Below are positions 1-8,674 of a stretch of 64,000 nucleotides of DNA, in pieces. The stretch comes from Candidatus Omnitrophota bacterium (GTDB taxonomy: Bacteria > Omnitrophota > Gorgyraeia > Aquiviventales > Aquiviventaceae): NCBI GenBank assembly GCA_030697665.1, contig JAUYPJ010000037.1, positions 28,089 to 92,088 of the forward strand. The letters run 5' to 3'. The notes under the pieces are model-generated. The model did not search any database and was not told where the DNA came from. It saw only the letters and a program-made list of their open reading frames with translations. Made by a program: the position numbers and the translations under genes. How positions within the stretch are numbered: the first letter of the stretch is position 1; each line of letters begins with the position of its first letter.

Positions 1-27
1 CGCAGCCGGAAATTGCAAGCTGACGCA

Positions 28-85
28 CCACGGAAGCACGGAAGCGCCACGGAAGCACGGAAATGACTCCTCCGTGTCTCCGTGG
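28..85. repeat. Short CACGGAA(G) tandem repeats with inverted CTCCGTG copies
   Basis: ccacggaagcacggaagcgccacggaagcacggaa followed by ctccgtgtctccgtgg. Confidence 0.7.
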
Positions 86-106
86 ATTTCTGTGTCCTCT
101 GTGGTA

Positions 107-115
107 TGGTATCAT
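107..115 (+). promoter_or_regulatory. Extended -10 promoter element (TGnTATCAT), probably a leaderless transcript
   Basis: TGGTATCAT ends 7 nt before ATG at 123; no SD between them. Confidence 0.45.
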
Positions 116-122
116 AGTTACC

Positions 123-719
123 ATGGCTCAGACGGACGTTCCCACGAATCTCCAACCCTATTTTGAGAAAGGCATCCAGGCCTACACGCAAGGCAGCTAT
201 GAGTACGCGATCGACCTGCTGGGCTTCGTCGTCCGTCAAACCCCTGACGCCACGGAGGCCCGTCGCTACCTTCGCTTAGCCGTTCAAAAACAGTTCAGCC
301 TCTCTCCTCCCTCCGGGGTGTCCCAACTGGGCCTGGCGTTGTTGACGCTTCCCTTGCGCTCGTGGGCCATGCTGGCTGAGCTTCAAGGACAGACCCGCCA
401 GGCCATCGCGTTGTATGAGCGGCTCTTGATGACGGCTCCCCGCTCCAAGTCGATCCTCATGCGGCTGGCGGCGGTGCTGATGCGCAGTGGATTGGACGAC
501 GCCGCGGTGCAGATCTACGAGGAGCTGCTGGTGGTCGACCCGAACCATCTGGGCGCGCTCCGAAAGCTCGCGCGCCTGGCCATGAAGCGCGGCAACGATG
601 CCCAGGCCCGCCAGTGCTTCGAGCGCATCCTCAAACTCCACCAGGGGGATCTGGAAGCCCAACAAAGCCTGCGAAACCTCGACGCGCTCGGCACCCTCAA
701 GAAAGGCTTCTCCACCTAG
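123..719 (+). CDS. Tetratricopeptide repeat protein
   Basis: Repeated TPR-like helices (YFEKGIQAYTQGSYEYAIDLL; AVQIYEELLVVDPNHLGALRKLA); start moved from 63 to ATG 123 because 63-122 is repeat/promoter sequence. Confidence 0.8.
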   Translation: MAQTDVPTNLQPYFEKGIQAYTQGSYEYAIDLLGFVVRQTPDATEARRYLRLAVQKQFSLSPPSGVSQLGLALLTLPLRSWAMLAELQGQTRQAIALYERLLMTAPRSKSILMRLAAVLMRSGLDDAAVQIYEELLVVDPNHLGALRKLARLAMKRGNDAQARQCFERILKLHQGDLEAQQSLRNLDALGTLKKGFST

Positions 720-729
720 TGCTTCGAGC

Positions 730-805
730 AGTCCATAGTCAATAGTCCATAGTCGATAGTCAGAGCAGGGTTTGCTATGGACTGCGGACTATGGACTATC
801 GACTG
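730..805. repeat. Heptamer (AGTCCAT/AGTCGAT) tandem array with inverted array; hairpin between convergent genes
   Basis: gtccata gtcaata gtccata gtcgata ... ctatgga ctgcgga ctatgga ctatcga. Confidence 0.8.
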
Positions 806-831
806 CTCCGTCCACATCCGTGGACGGAGCA

Positions 832-2886
832 CTACAGGGGATCCACGTCGACGGCCACCGGCATCCCCTGGAACCGTCGCCCTGCCTGCAGCGTGCTCCT
901 GAGGAGCGCGACCATCGGTTCAACCGCGCGTCCTTTGAGCAAGAGGCACATCCGGTAGGTCTGACGCCGGCGAAAGAGGCGATGGGGCGCCGGCCCCAGC
1001 AGCGTCAACCGATCGTGGGGCGCCGCGCGGCGCAGCGCCACGGCCAACGCCTCCGCCGCAGCCTGGACGCGCTGGCTGGATGAGCCCTGAAGCGTCAGCT
1101 CCACCAGATGGGTGAACGGCGGCAGCCGCAGACGCCGGCGCATGCCGATCTCCTCATGGTAGAACCGGTGGTAGTCGTGTCGCGCGGCGGCCTGAATGGC
1201 GTAGTGGCTTGGGCAGAACGTTTGGATCAACACCCGCCCCGGGCGAACCCCTCGACCCGCTCGACCCGCCACTTGGGTGAGGAGATCGAACGTTCGTTCC
1301 CCCGCCCTGAAGTCCGGAAGGTTCAGCGCGGTATCCGCTGAGACGACCCCCACGAGCGTGACGTGGGGAAAGTCAAATCCCTTGGCGATCATCTGGGTTC
1401 CCACCAGCAGCCGGATCTGCTGCGCCTTCATCGCTTCGTAGAGCTCATCGTGGCTCCCCCGGCGCGTGGTCGTATCACGGTCCATCCTGGCAATCGAGGC
1501 GGTGGGAAAGTATCGGTGGAGCTCGGATTCGACCCGTTCGGTCCCCGCGCCCCTGAAGCGCAGGTCTCCCTTCCGGCACGCCTGGCACACCTCAGGGGGC
1601 GGCTGATGGAAGCGGCAGTAATGGCAGATCAGCTCGCGGCGGCTTGCGTGATAGACCAGCGGGACCGTGCATCGCGCGCACCGCGCCACCAGGCCGCAGG
1701 CATGACACCGGACCACCCTGGCGAACCCTCGGCGGTTCAACAGCAGCATCGCCTGTTCTCCGCTCGCGAGCGTCTCTTCCAGGGCGCGCTGCAGGAGAGG
1801 GGAAAGCGGCTCGGAGCGGCGTCGCGCGGCCCACTGCTGCCGCATGTCGATCACGTCCACCTGCGGGAGGGAACGGCCCTGCACGCGCTGCGGCAGGCTG
1901 ACCAATCGTCCACGCTTGTGGGTGGCGGCGTAGTAGCTTTCAACCGACGGCGTGGCGCTGCCCAGGAGGACGGCGGCTTGCGTGAGAGAGGCGCGGGTGA
2001 GCGCGACCGTCCTGGCGTGGTAGCGGGGATGCTCCCCCTGCTTGTAGCTCTGGTCGTGCTCTTCGTCCAGGATGATCAGTCCCAGCGTCTGGAGGGGCGC
2101 AAAGACCGCCGAGCGGGTCCCCACGACCACGCGGCACGTCCCCTCGGTGAGCTGACGCCACGTCGACGCCCGTTGCCGCAAGGTGAGCCGGCTGTGCCAG
2201 GCGGCGACGTGCTCCCCGAAGGCGTCCCGAAAGCGCGCCAGCGTCTGGGGCGTCAGCGCGATCTCCGGCACCAGGCAGATGGCGGACCGGCCGAGGGCCA
2301 GCGCCTGGTGAATCGCGTGCAGGTAGATCTCCGTCTTGCCGGAGCCGGTGACCCCATGGAGGAGGACCATCCGATGCCCTTGCGGCGTCTTGAGCGTGGC
2401 GGTGATCGCGCTGAGCGCGCGGCGCTGATCCGCCGACAATTGTCCCTTCAGCAAGGGGGGCAGAGGGGCGAGCCCGCCCCGGCCATCACCAGAGGCGGGC
2501 CGGGGGGGCAGGCCCGCCCCGACAGTCGTGAAAGGCGGGCCGGGGGGGCGTGGGGCGTGGGGAGAGACGGCCGCGAGACGCAGTTGGGTCGGCACCATGG
2601 TGGCGAGCGCCTCCCCCAAACTGCAACAGTAGTAGGTTGAGAACCACGCGGCAAGCGTCCACCGCTCATGGCTGATCACCGGTGTCGGATCGATCAGCCG
2701 CCGAATCGTCTTCAGTTCTTTGATGGGGCTCGTATCGCCCACGCCCAGCACGAACCCGAGCCGCTCTTGCCGGCCGAAGGGGGCCAGGACCCGCATGCCC
2801 GGCTGCACGATTCCCTCGAGCTCGGATGGGATCAGGTAGTGGAACGACCGCTCCAGCGGGATCTGAAACGCCACCTCAGCAATCAT
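832..2886 (-). CDS. priA: Primosomal protein N' (replication restart helicase)
   Basis: LLHGVTGSGKTEIY, DEEHD, NRRGF plus four CxxC Zn motifs, GTQMIAKGFDFP, QVAGRAGR, C-terminal DVDP. Confidence 0.97.
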   Translation of the reverse strand: MIAEVAFQIPLERSFHYLIPSELEGIVQPGMRVLAPFGRQERLGFVLGVGDTSPIKELKTIRRLIDPTPVISHERWTLAAWFSTYYCCSLGEALATMVPTQLRLAAVSPHAPRPPGPPFTTVGAGLPPRPASGDGRGGLAPLPPLLKGQLSADQRRALSAITATLKTPQGHRMVLLHGVTGSGKTEIYLHAIHQALALGRSAICLVPEIALTPQTLARFRDAFGEHVAAWHSRLTLRQRASTWRQLTEGTCRVVVGTRSAVFAPLQTLGLIILDEEHDQSYKQGEHPRYHARTVALTRASLTQAAVLLGSATPSVESYYAATHKRGRLVSLPQRVQGRSLPQVDVIDMRQQWAARRRSEPLSPLLQRALEETLASGEQAMLLLNRRGFARVVRCHACGLVARCARCTVPLVYHASRRELICHYCRFHQPPPEVCQACRKGDLRFRGAGTERVESELHRYFPTASIARMDRDTTTRRGSHDELYEAMKAQQIRLLVGTQMIAKGFDFPHVTLVGVVSADTALNLPDFRAGERTFDLLTQVAGRAGRGVRPGRVLIQTFCPSHYAIQAAARHDYHRFYHEEIGMRRRLRLPPFTHLVELTLQGSSSQRVQAAAEALAVALRRAAPHDRLTLLGPAPHRLFRRRQTYRMCLLLKGRAVEPMVALLRSTLQAGRRFQGMPVAVDVDPL

Positions 2887-2893
2887 CAGCGGA

Positions 2894-2987
2894 GTCCATA
2901 GTCCATAGTCGATAGTCGATAGTCCATAGTGGTCGAGTGTGCTGGCATGGCTTTGGCTATGGACTATGGTCTATTGACTATGGACTG
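2894..2987. repeat. Second AGTCCAT heptamer inverted array (same family as 730-805)
   Basis: agtccat agtccat agtcgat agtcgat agtccat ... ctatgga ctatggt ctattga ctatgga; supplies the udg stop codon. Confidence 0.8.
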
Positions 2988-3751
2988 TTTTCAAGAAGCG
3001 ACTTCACGCGTTTGAGATCCGCCCACGCCAGACGTTTCGCCGACGGGTTGCGGAGGAGATACGCCGGGTGGAAGGTCGGCACGACAGGAACGCCACGATA
3101 GTCCCGCACCTGCCCCCGAACCGCGCTGATCGTCACCTGCGGGCCCAGGAGCGTTTTCGTGGCGACGGCGCCCAGGGTGCAAATGACCCGCGGCTGCACG
3201 AGGGCCAGTTGTTCTTCGAGGAACGACCGGCACGCGTCGATCTCTTCCGGCAGAGGGGTCCGATTCGCCGGCGGGCGGTCCTTGAGGACATTGCAGATGT
3301 AGACCTCCTCCCGTTTCATGCCGATCGCCACAATCATTTTGGTCAGGAGCTGTCCGGCTGCGCCGACGAACGGACGCCCCTGGAGGTCTTCCTCGCGCCC
3401 CGGCGCCTCCCCCACGAAGACGAGCTGGGCGTGAGGGCTGCCATCGCTGATCACCGCGTGGGTGCGGGTCCGGTAGAGCGAGCAGCGCCGGCACGCGACC
3501 ACGGCGCGGGCGAGCTGAGCGAGGCGGTCCAGCCGTGTTGCTTCTGGTGTGAACTGTGGACCGTGTCCGCCAACTTGCTTGGCGGATCCGCCATGTCGTG
3601 TGGTGGAGACAGTGTCCGCCAGAGGCGGATCCGCCTTCGGCGGAGACTGTGGACCGGTTGTAGTGACGGGCAGGGTCCTCACGCCAAGGGTCCGCAGCCC
3701 CTCGACGTGCAGCGTCAGCGCCCGGATGAGCGCTCGTCGGTCATCCATCAT
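2978..3751 (-). CDS. Uracil-DNA glycosylase family 4
   Basis: CRRCSLY Fe-S motif, VGEAPG, PFVGAAG, TFHPAYLLR. Confidence 0.95.
   Translation of the reverse strand: MMDDRRALIRALTLHVEGLRTLGVRTLPVTTTGPQSPPKADPPLADTVSTTRHGGSAKQVGGHGPQFTPEATRLDRLAQLARAVVACRRCSLYRTRTHAVISDGSPHAQLVFVGEAPGREEDLQGRPFVGAAGQLLTKMIVAIGMKREEVYICNVLKDRPPANRTPLPEEIDACRSFLEEQLALVQPRVICTLGAVATKTLLGPQVTISAVRGQVRDYRGVPVVPTFHPAYLLRNPSAKRLAWADLKRVKSLLENSP
3553..3656. repeat. In-frame palindromic (TCCGCC..GGCGGA) insertion in the udg linker, flanked by 11-bp direct repeats
   Basis: actgtggaccg at 3553 and 3646 (93 bp apart) bracketing two double-hairpin units. Confidence 0.8.
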
Positions 3752-3760
3752 GCCGGTCCT

Positions 3761-3791
3761 CTGCCTACTGCCTACCGCCTACTGACTTACT
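3761..3791. repeat. CTGCCTA heptamer tandem repeat at a gene junction
   Basis: ctgccta ctgccta ccgccta ctgactt. Confidence 0.6.
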
Positions 3792-4931
3792 CAGCAGCGG
3801 TTTGATCACCTGCTCGACAATGGCCTCGGCCGCATCGGGGCGGCTCAGGGCCTGTGCGGCGTGGCGCATCGACGCCAGCCGCTCAGGATGCTGCAGCAGC
3901 TCCAGGACGTCTCGAGCGACCGCCGCCGGCCGCGTGGCCAACAACGCGGCCCCATGGCGGAGGACGTGGCGCGCGTTCCACCACTCGTGCCCAGGAATGG
4001 CGAAGTAGAAGATGAGCGGCACGCCCCGCCCCAGTACTTCCGCAACGGTGAGCCCCCCGGCCTTCGTCACCACGATGTCGCTGAGGGCCATCGCTTCCGG
4101 GATCTGGTCGATGAAGCCGAAGACCCGCACCGGCATGAGGGAGCCCTTGGCCTTCCGGAGGAGCCGCTCGACCATCCGGGCGTCCGCCCCGCACACGACG
4201 AGGAGCTGCACGCGACCGGGCAAGGCCTGCTCAAGCCCCATCAGATGCGTGACGACCGCTTCAAACGGCCCGACGGTGTCGCCTCCACTGGTGACGAGCA
4301 CGGTCCGTCGCGCCGGGTCAAGTTGGAACCGCTCCATGAGGCGTTGTCGGTCGAAGGGGGTGCGGCAGGCGCTTGCGATAGGGATGCCCAGGGCGTGCAG
4401 CCGTTCTGGAGAGATCCCGCGCCGCCGGGCCGCCGTGGCCGTATCCGGGGTCGCGCAGATATACGCATCGGCCGACGGCGCCAGCCAAAAACGATGGGGA
4501 TACAGGTCGGTGATGACGACCACGAGCCGTCCGGTGAACTGCCCGGCGCGCTTGCAGGCGCTGACCAGGTCGGCGGGAAAAAAGTGCGTGGCCATGACGA
4601 GGTCGGGCGATTCCCGGAGGAGCCGCCGGATGATCCGTCGCCCCACAAGGCGGTTCCACGCTCGTCGGAGGGGCTGAACGCAGGCATAGACCGCCCGATG
4701 GTCCAGCAGCCAGAACCCCATGCCCCAGAGCGGTCCTGCGTAGCGCACCAGGCTGTAGTACGTCAGGGGGTAGAGCCGGCGCCACCAGCGCGGAACGTCC
4801 TCGAGCGCATCGCGGCATTGGACGATCGCCTCCGGGAAGGCGTGACGGATCGCCTGCGCAAGGGCCTCAGCGGCTCTGCGGTGGCCTGCACCGGCGCTGA
4901 CATACGAGATGAGGATGCGGATGGGGATCAC
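3765..4931 (-). CDS. MGDG synthase/UgtP-like glycosyltransferase (GT28)
   Basis: SAGAGHRRAAEA, ATHFFP, VITD...HRFW, GIPI, TKAGGLTVAE, IPGHE. Confidence 0.88.
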   Translation of the reverse strand: MIPIRILISYVSAGAGHRRAAEALAQAIRHAFPEAIVQCRDALEDVPRWWRRLYPLTYYSLVRYAGPLWGMGFWLLDHRAVYACVQPLRRAWNRLVGRRIIRRLLRESPDLVMATHFFPADLVSACKRAGQFTGRLVVVITDLYPHRFWLAPSADAYICATPDTATAARRRGISPERLHALGIPIASACRTPFDRQRLMERFQLDPARRTVLVTSGGDTVGPFEAVVTHLMGLEQALPGRVQLLVVCGADARMVERLLRKAKGSLMPVRVFGFIDQIPEAMALSDIVVTKAGGLTVAEVLGRGVPLIFYFAIPGHEWWNARHVLRHGAALLATRPAAVARDVLELLQHPERLASMRHAAQALSRPDAAEAIVEQVIKPLLSKSVGGRQ

Positions 4932-4933
4932 GT

Positions 4934-4996
4934 GGGTGATGAGTGACGAGTGGTGAGTTCAGAGCACGTGGCGTCTCACCTCGTCACTCGCCACTC
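4934..4996. repeat. GAGTGAC heptamer array with inverted CTCGTCA array
   Basis: gagtgacgagtggtgag ... ctcacctcgtcactcgccactc. Confidence 0.65.
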
Positions 4997-5021
4997 CTTA
5001 GCAGGGTGATGAAACAGTGGC

Positions 5022-5103
5022 GCGACAGGCAACAAGCGACAGGCGAACAGATGCCCATGGTGTGCTGGTGCTCCATGTCGCGTGTCACCTGTCACGTGTC
5101 ACC
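5022..5103. repeat. GACAGGC/TGTCACC heptamer inverted array
   Basis: gcgacaggcaacaagcgacaggcg ... tgtcgcgtgtcacctgtcacgtgtcacc. Confidence 0.65.
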
Positions 5104-5124
5104 CAGGAGTTGTTCCGCAGCCTG

Positions 5125-5829
5125 TTAGGACGGTTCTTTGAGCCGACGGAAGAGGTCGTAGTAGCCGGAGACCTTGGCAAAAAAACAGACGGGGTTGGCG
5201 TCGCGTTCCGTCACCTTCACCCGACGCAGCGCGTAGCGGTCGATCGCCCCGCCGGCGAGCGCGCGATTCGTCGTGCACGCCGCCAGGTAGCCGGCGCGCT
5301 TCACAATCGCCTGGGTCTGGGAGGTGAACCCGCCGACCGGATAGCTCAGGAACCGGACCGCTTGCCCTGTTCGCTCTTCGATGACGCGCTTGGATTGGAG
5401 GAGCTCTTCGAGGAGCCGGTCTTCCGGGACGAGCGGGAGGTAGCTGTGATGCATCGTATGGCTGCCGATCGCGAAGCCGTCACTCGCCAGTTGGATCAGC
5501 TGGTCCCACGTCGCAAACCCCGGCAGCCCCACTTCGGTCGGCGTCACGAAGACGGTCGCGGGAAACCCGAACCGCTTCAGGAGCGGCCACGCCACCGTGC
5601 ACGTCTCCTCGTAGCCGTCATCGAACGTCATGGCCACGCTGCGACGGGGAAACGGCGCCCGCTGCTCCAGACGTTGCACGACCTCCTCAAGCGTCAGGAC
5701 CCGATACCGGTGGCGGGCGAGGAAGGCCAACTGGCGCCCAAAGGCGTCCGGGGACACCGTGGGCACATGGTCCCCCTTGAAGGGGCCGACGCGATGGTAG
5801 CCCAGGATCGGAACGTGGTAGCCCATCAC
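5125..5829 (-). CDS. Polysaccharide deacetylase (CE4)
   Basis: ILGYHRV, TFDDGY, GSHTMHH, SYPVG. Confidence 0.92.
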   Translation of the reverse strand: MMGYHVPILGYHRVGPFKGDHVPTVSPDAFGRQLAFLARHRYRVLTLEEVVQRLEQRAPFPRRSVAMTFDDGYEETCTVAWPLLKRFGFPATVFVTPTEVGLPGFATWDQLIQLASDGFAIGSHTMHHSYLPLVPEDRLLEELLQSKRVIEERTGQAVRFLSYPVGGFTSQTQAIVKRAGYLAACTTNRALAGGAIDRYALRRVKVTERDANPVCFFAKVSGYYDLFRRLKEPS

Positions 5830-6683
5830 GAACCCTCAGGTTCACGCGGATCGCCGCGGATCAACGGCGGATGTCCGCCGATCACGTCGGCACGTGGCTT
5901 CTCGGCGATCACCAGGAGGTAGCGGGCGCACAGGCCCCCCTCCGCAGGAGAGAGGCGCATCTCCAGTTGGAGCCACTGCTCCTGGGCCTCCCGGCCAAGG
6001 CACGACGGGTTGAGGCCGGTCAGCCACGCGGTGCAGTCAATGGGCCACATCGCCACCCACCGCAAGCCCAGTGAGCGGTAGAGCGCTTTGAGCTCGTCCT
6101 CCGTCTGCCAGTTGTAGTAGGCGCTGTCGCGAAAGGGCCCCTCTGCCGTCTGCAGCACCGTCACGGCGGCGCCGACGTCGTGCTGCCGGATCGCCTCGAG
6201 CACGTAATACCCCTTCGAGCGATGCGACGCGCAGAGCAATCCGCCGGGACGCACCGCTGAGGCCATCGCCTGGAGCATGGCCCGGTAGTTCGGGGAGAGG
6301 TACAGGACCTCCGCGCAGACGACGATATCGTAGCGCCACTCCGGGTGGCGATGCAAGAGGTCGATGAGATCTCCCTGGATGAGCTCGAGACTGACGCCGG
6401 CCTCCTTCGCGTGCTCGCGGGCGCGCCGCAAGGCAAAGCCGGAGGTGTCGATGCCGGTCACCCGGTAGCCGAGCTTGGCCAGGGGGATGGCAAGGCGGCC
6501 CGCCTGGCAGCCGGCCTCCAGCACGGCGGCGGAGGCGTCAATTCCGGCGGCCTCGGCGTGCCGCCGGATCCGCTCCAGGTAGAGCCGCGCAAAGAGGGCC
6601 TCGTTGTTATCGGCGTACATATCGTAGTAGTCCGGATCGTAATCCGCCACCGCCCGGAGGATCTTTCTCACGGTCCGCTGCAT
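5826..6683 (-). CDS. Class I SAM-dependent methyltransferase
   Basis: VLEAGCQAGR, VTGIDTS, YDIVVCAEVL, VRPGG. Confidence 0.85.
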   Translation of the reverse strand: MQRTVRKILRAVADYDPDYYDMYADNNEALFARLYLERIRRHAEAAGIDASAAVLEAGCQAGRLAIPLAKLGYRVTGIDTSGFALRRAREHAKEAGVSLELIQGDLIDLLHRHPEWRYDIVVCAEVLYLSPNYRAMLQAMASAVRPGGLLCASHRSKGYYVLEAIRQHDVGAAVTVLQTAEGPFRDSAYYNWQTEDELKALYRSLGLRWVAMWPIDCTAWLTGLNPSCLGREAQEQWLQLEMRLSPAEGGLCARYLLVIAEKPRADVIGGHPPLIRGDPREPEGS

Positions 6684-6704
6684 CCGCTATCCCACCCTCT
6701 CGCC

Positions 6705-7730
6705 TCACGCCTGATCGATCCACGGCAATCCCAGCACCCGTGCCAGCTCTTTCGCCCGATGGGCGTTGGTGTGCTCTTCCAAGACGAACGCCTGCGCCCC
6801 ACGCGCCTTCGCCAGACGCTCTTCGGGGTGAGTCAGATAGTGGTCCAACTTGTCACGCAGATCATCTCCTCCGGAGGTGAAGACGACATACCGGTCGAGG
6901 AGGTCGAGCGACGGCATACGATCAGAGAGGACGAACGCTTCGCAGGCCAACGCATCGAAGAGCCGGCCGCTCGGCATGTCGTCTTGTCGTTGAGGTTGCG
7001 TATGATAGGAGAGGAACACCCGACAGGAGCTGTGCGCCACAGGACCGAACTTTACGGGGAGTCGCCCCCGGGCGAACCGACGAAGGATCGCCGGCTCAGC
7101 GCGCTCCCAGCCGGAACCCCAGATGGCCAATCGGACGCGGGTTGCCGGGAGCATGTAGCGGGCCGCGTGCTCCCCTGAGCGCCCTTCCGAGTAGTTGCCG
7201 ATGAAGCACACGTCAACGTCAAAACGCGGATCGGCAGCGACCGGCCGATAGAGCGTACAATTCGTGCAGGCGATGGGCAGATAGATCAAGCCAGGGAACC
7301 GCTCACAGAGCAGTTGTGAAGCGCAGAAGACGACAGCAAACTGCTCCTGGAACCGCGGGATCAACGCCGACCAGCCTCCGTTTTGGAGCCACATGATTTT
7401 TCGGGCGCATGTACGTGGGAGCGGCGGGTAATCCGGCCACAAGACAATGACGAGATCCGCCACAATCGTTGGGGCCTCCTTGGCATCGTAGAGCTGCCAG
7501 CTGCCGATCTCCGGACAGTGTCGGCTTAATGCCTCGCCAAGCTCCATGGCGACGAATTCATCTCCGGCCACCCGCAGGAAGGGGCTGAAGCGCGAGATCC
7601 GGTGATTCAGGCAGATGCCCAGATGTAGGAGGCGACGCCGTCCTCGTCGCACCGTCCACCGGTGAGGGACCGCGGCCCGCAGCGCCCAGTGCGTGAGCTT
7701 CCTGGCGACCTTCTTCATCTTCATCCACAA
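6705..7730 (-). CDS. CgeB-like (Glyco_trans_1_2) glycosyltransferase
   Basis: DVCFIGN, IWGSGW, RLFDALACEAFVLSD, YLTHPEER...HTNAHRA. Confidence 0.75.
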   Translation of the reverse strand: MWMKMKKVARKLTHWALRAAVPHRWTVRRGRRRLLHLGICLNHRISRFSPFLRVAGDEFVAMELGEALSRHCPEIGSWQLYDAKEAPTIVADLVIVLWPDYPPLPRTCARKIMWLQNGGWSALIPRFQEQFAVVFCASQLLCERFPGLIYLPIACTNCTLYRPVAADPRFDVDVCFIGNYSEGRSGEHAARYMLPATRVRLAIWGSGWERAEPAILRRFARGRLPVKFGPVAHSSCRVFLSYHTQPQRQDDMPSGRLFDALACEAFVLSDRMPSLDLLDRYVVFTSGGDDLRDKLDHYLTHPEERLAKARGAQAFVLEEHTNAHRAKELARVLGLPWIDQA

Positions 7731-7736
7731 AGTCGG

Positions 7737-8573
7737 TTAGCGAATGATCTCCACGTTGGCGTATGGATGGGTCGTCATCACTTCAGGGAGATCGGAGGGT
7801 TCAGCCCGTTGGGCGACCGGAAATTCCTCCGGGACCATCGGGTGGATGTTGCGCATCTTTCGCTGAGAAGGCCAGGCGAGCCAGACCCGCTCGAACCAGC
7901 CGTCGTGGACCTGATCGGCGACCGAGAAGGTTGAGATCTTCTGCCGCATCTTGGCCTCCGACCTGGCGTACGAGAAATGGTAGAACACGCACCGCTCGGG
8001 TGGAACGAGGTGGCGTGGACCTGGGCTGTTGGTCTTGTTGTCTCCGACGAACCTCGTCTCATGGGGAAACGGCAGGCCCAGGATGCGCCTCGCGCGATGA
8101 ATCTTAAAGACCCTCCAGGGCGTCCACTTCATGACGTCCGGCGGGATGCGGTAGGCGAAGCTCCTCCAGAAGATAACGCACTTGATGTGGAACGTGCCCG
8201 CATCGGGGTGGGCACGGATCTCATCCAGCAGCGCATCAAGATGGTCCGGCCGGTACACCTCGTCCCCATCAACCAGAAAGTAGTAGTCGAATCCATGCTC
8301 GAGACAGTACGCCATGCCGGCCTGGCGATGCGCCACCTCCGTGGCCCATGTTCCGGTCTGGACAACCACGTTCGGATCCTGCCGCGCCAAGGCTCGAACC
8401 ATGTCCTCTGTCCGGTCAGGAAGAAATGGAGCCGGCTGGAGTGACCCGCTGCGATTCCATGGCTGACGGTTCACGTTGACCACCACCTGGTCAACGTGGC
8501 GGCGTACCGACCGAATCGAGTAGGCGATGTACTCTTCCTCGTTGTACACGGAGTAGACGGCGGCGATTTTCAT
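7737..8573 (-). CDS. GT2-like glycosyltransferase
   Basis: SVYNEEEYI, FLVDGDEV, YHFSYARS. Confidence 0.75.
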   Translation of the reverse strand: MKIAAVYSVYNEEEYIAYSIRSVRRHVDQVVVNVNRQPWNRSGSLQPAPFLPDRTEDMVRALARQDPNVVVQTGTWATEVAHRQAGMAYCLEHGFDYYFLVDGDEVYRPDHLDALLDEIRAHPDAGTFHIKCVIFWRSFAYRIPPDVMKWTPWRVFKIHRARRILGLPFPHETRFVGDNKTNSPGPRHLVPPERCVFYHFSYARSEAKMRQKISTFSVADQVHDGWFERVWLAWPSQRKMRNIHPMVPEEFPVAQRAEPSDLPEVMTTHPYANVEIIR

Positions 8574-8674
8574 CCCACCACCTGGCTGTCGCGGCGGGTG
8601 GGGCGAGATTCACGGCAGGGCATGAACCCGCCGCGTCTGCGCCGCAGGCGCAGGCAGCCAGGTGGTGGGATCAT
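8570..8674 (-). mobile_element. ATGA-bounded inverted-repeat relay cassette, copy 1; 34-aa mini-ORF MIPPPGCLRLRRRRGGFMPCRESRPTRRDSQVVG
   Basis: IR ATCCCACCACCTGGCTG / CAGCCAGGTGGTGGGAT; ATGA at both ends overlapping the upstream stop and the downstream start; mobility is inferred. Confidence 0.75.

Noticed and set aside
3768-3779. ops-like GGCGGTAG on the minus strand
   Set aside because: It lacks the nnTG tail, sits at the distal end of the operon and is part of a heptamer repeat
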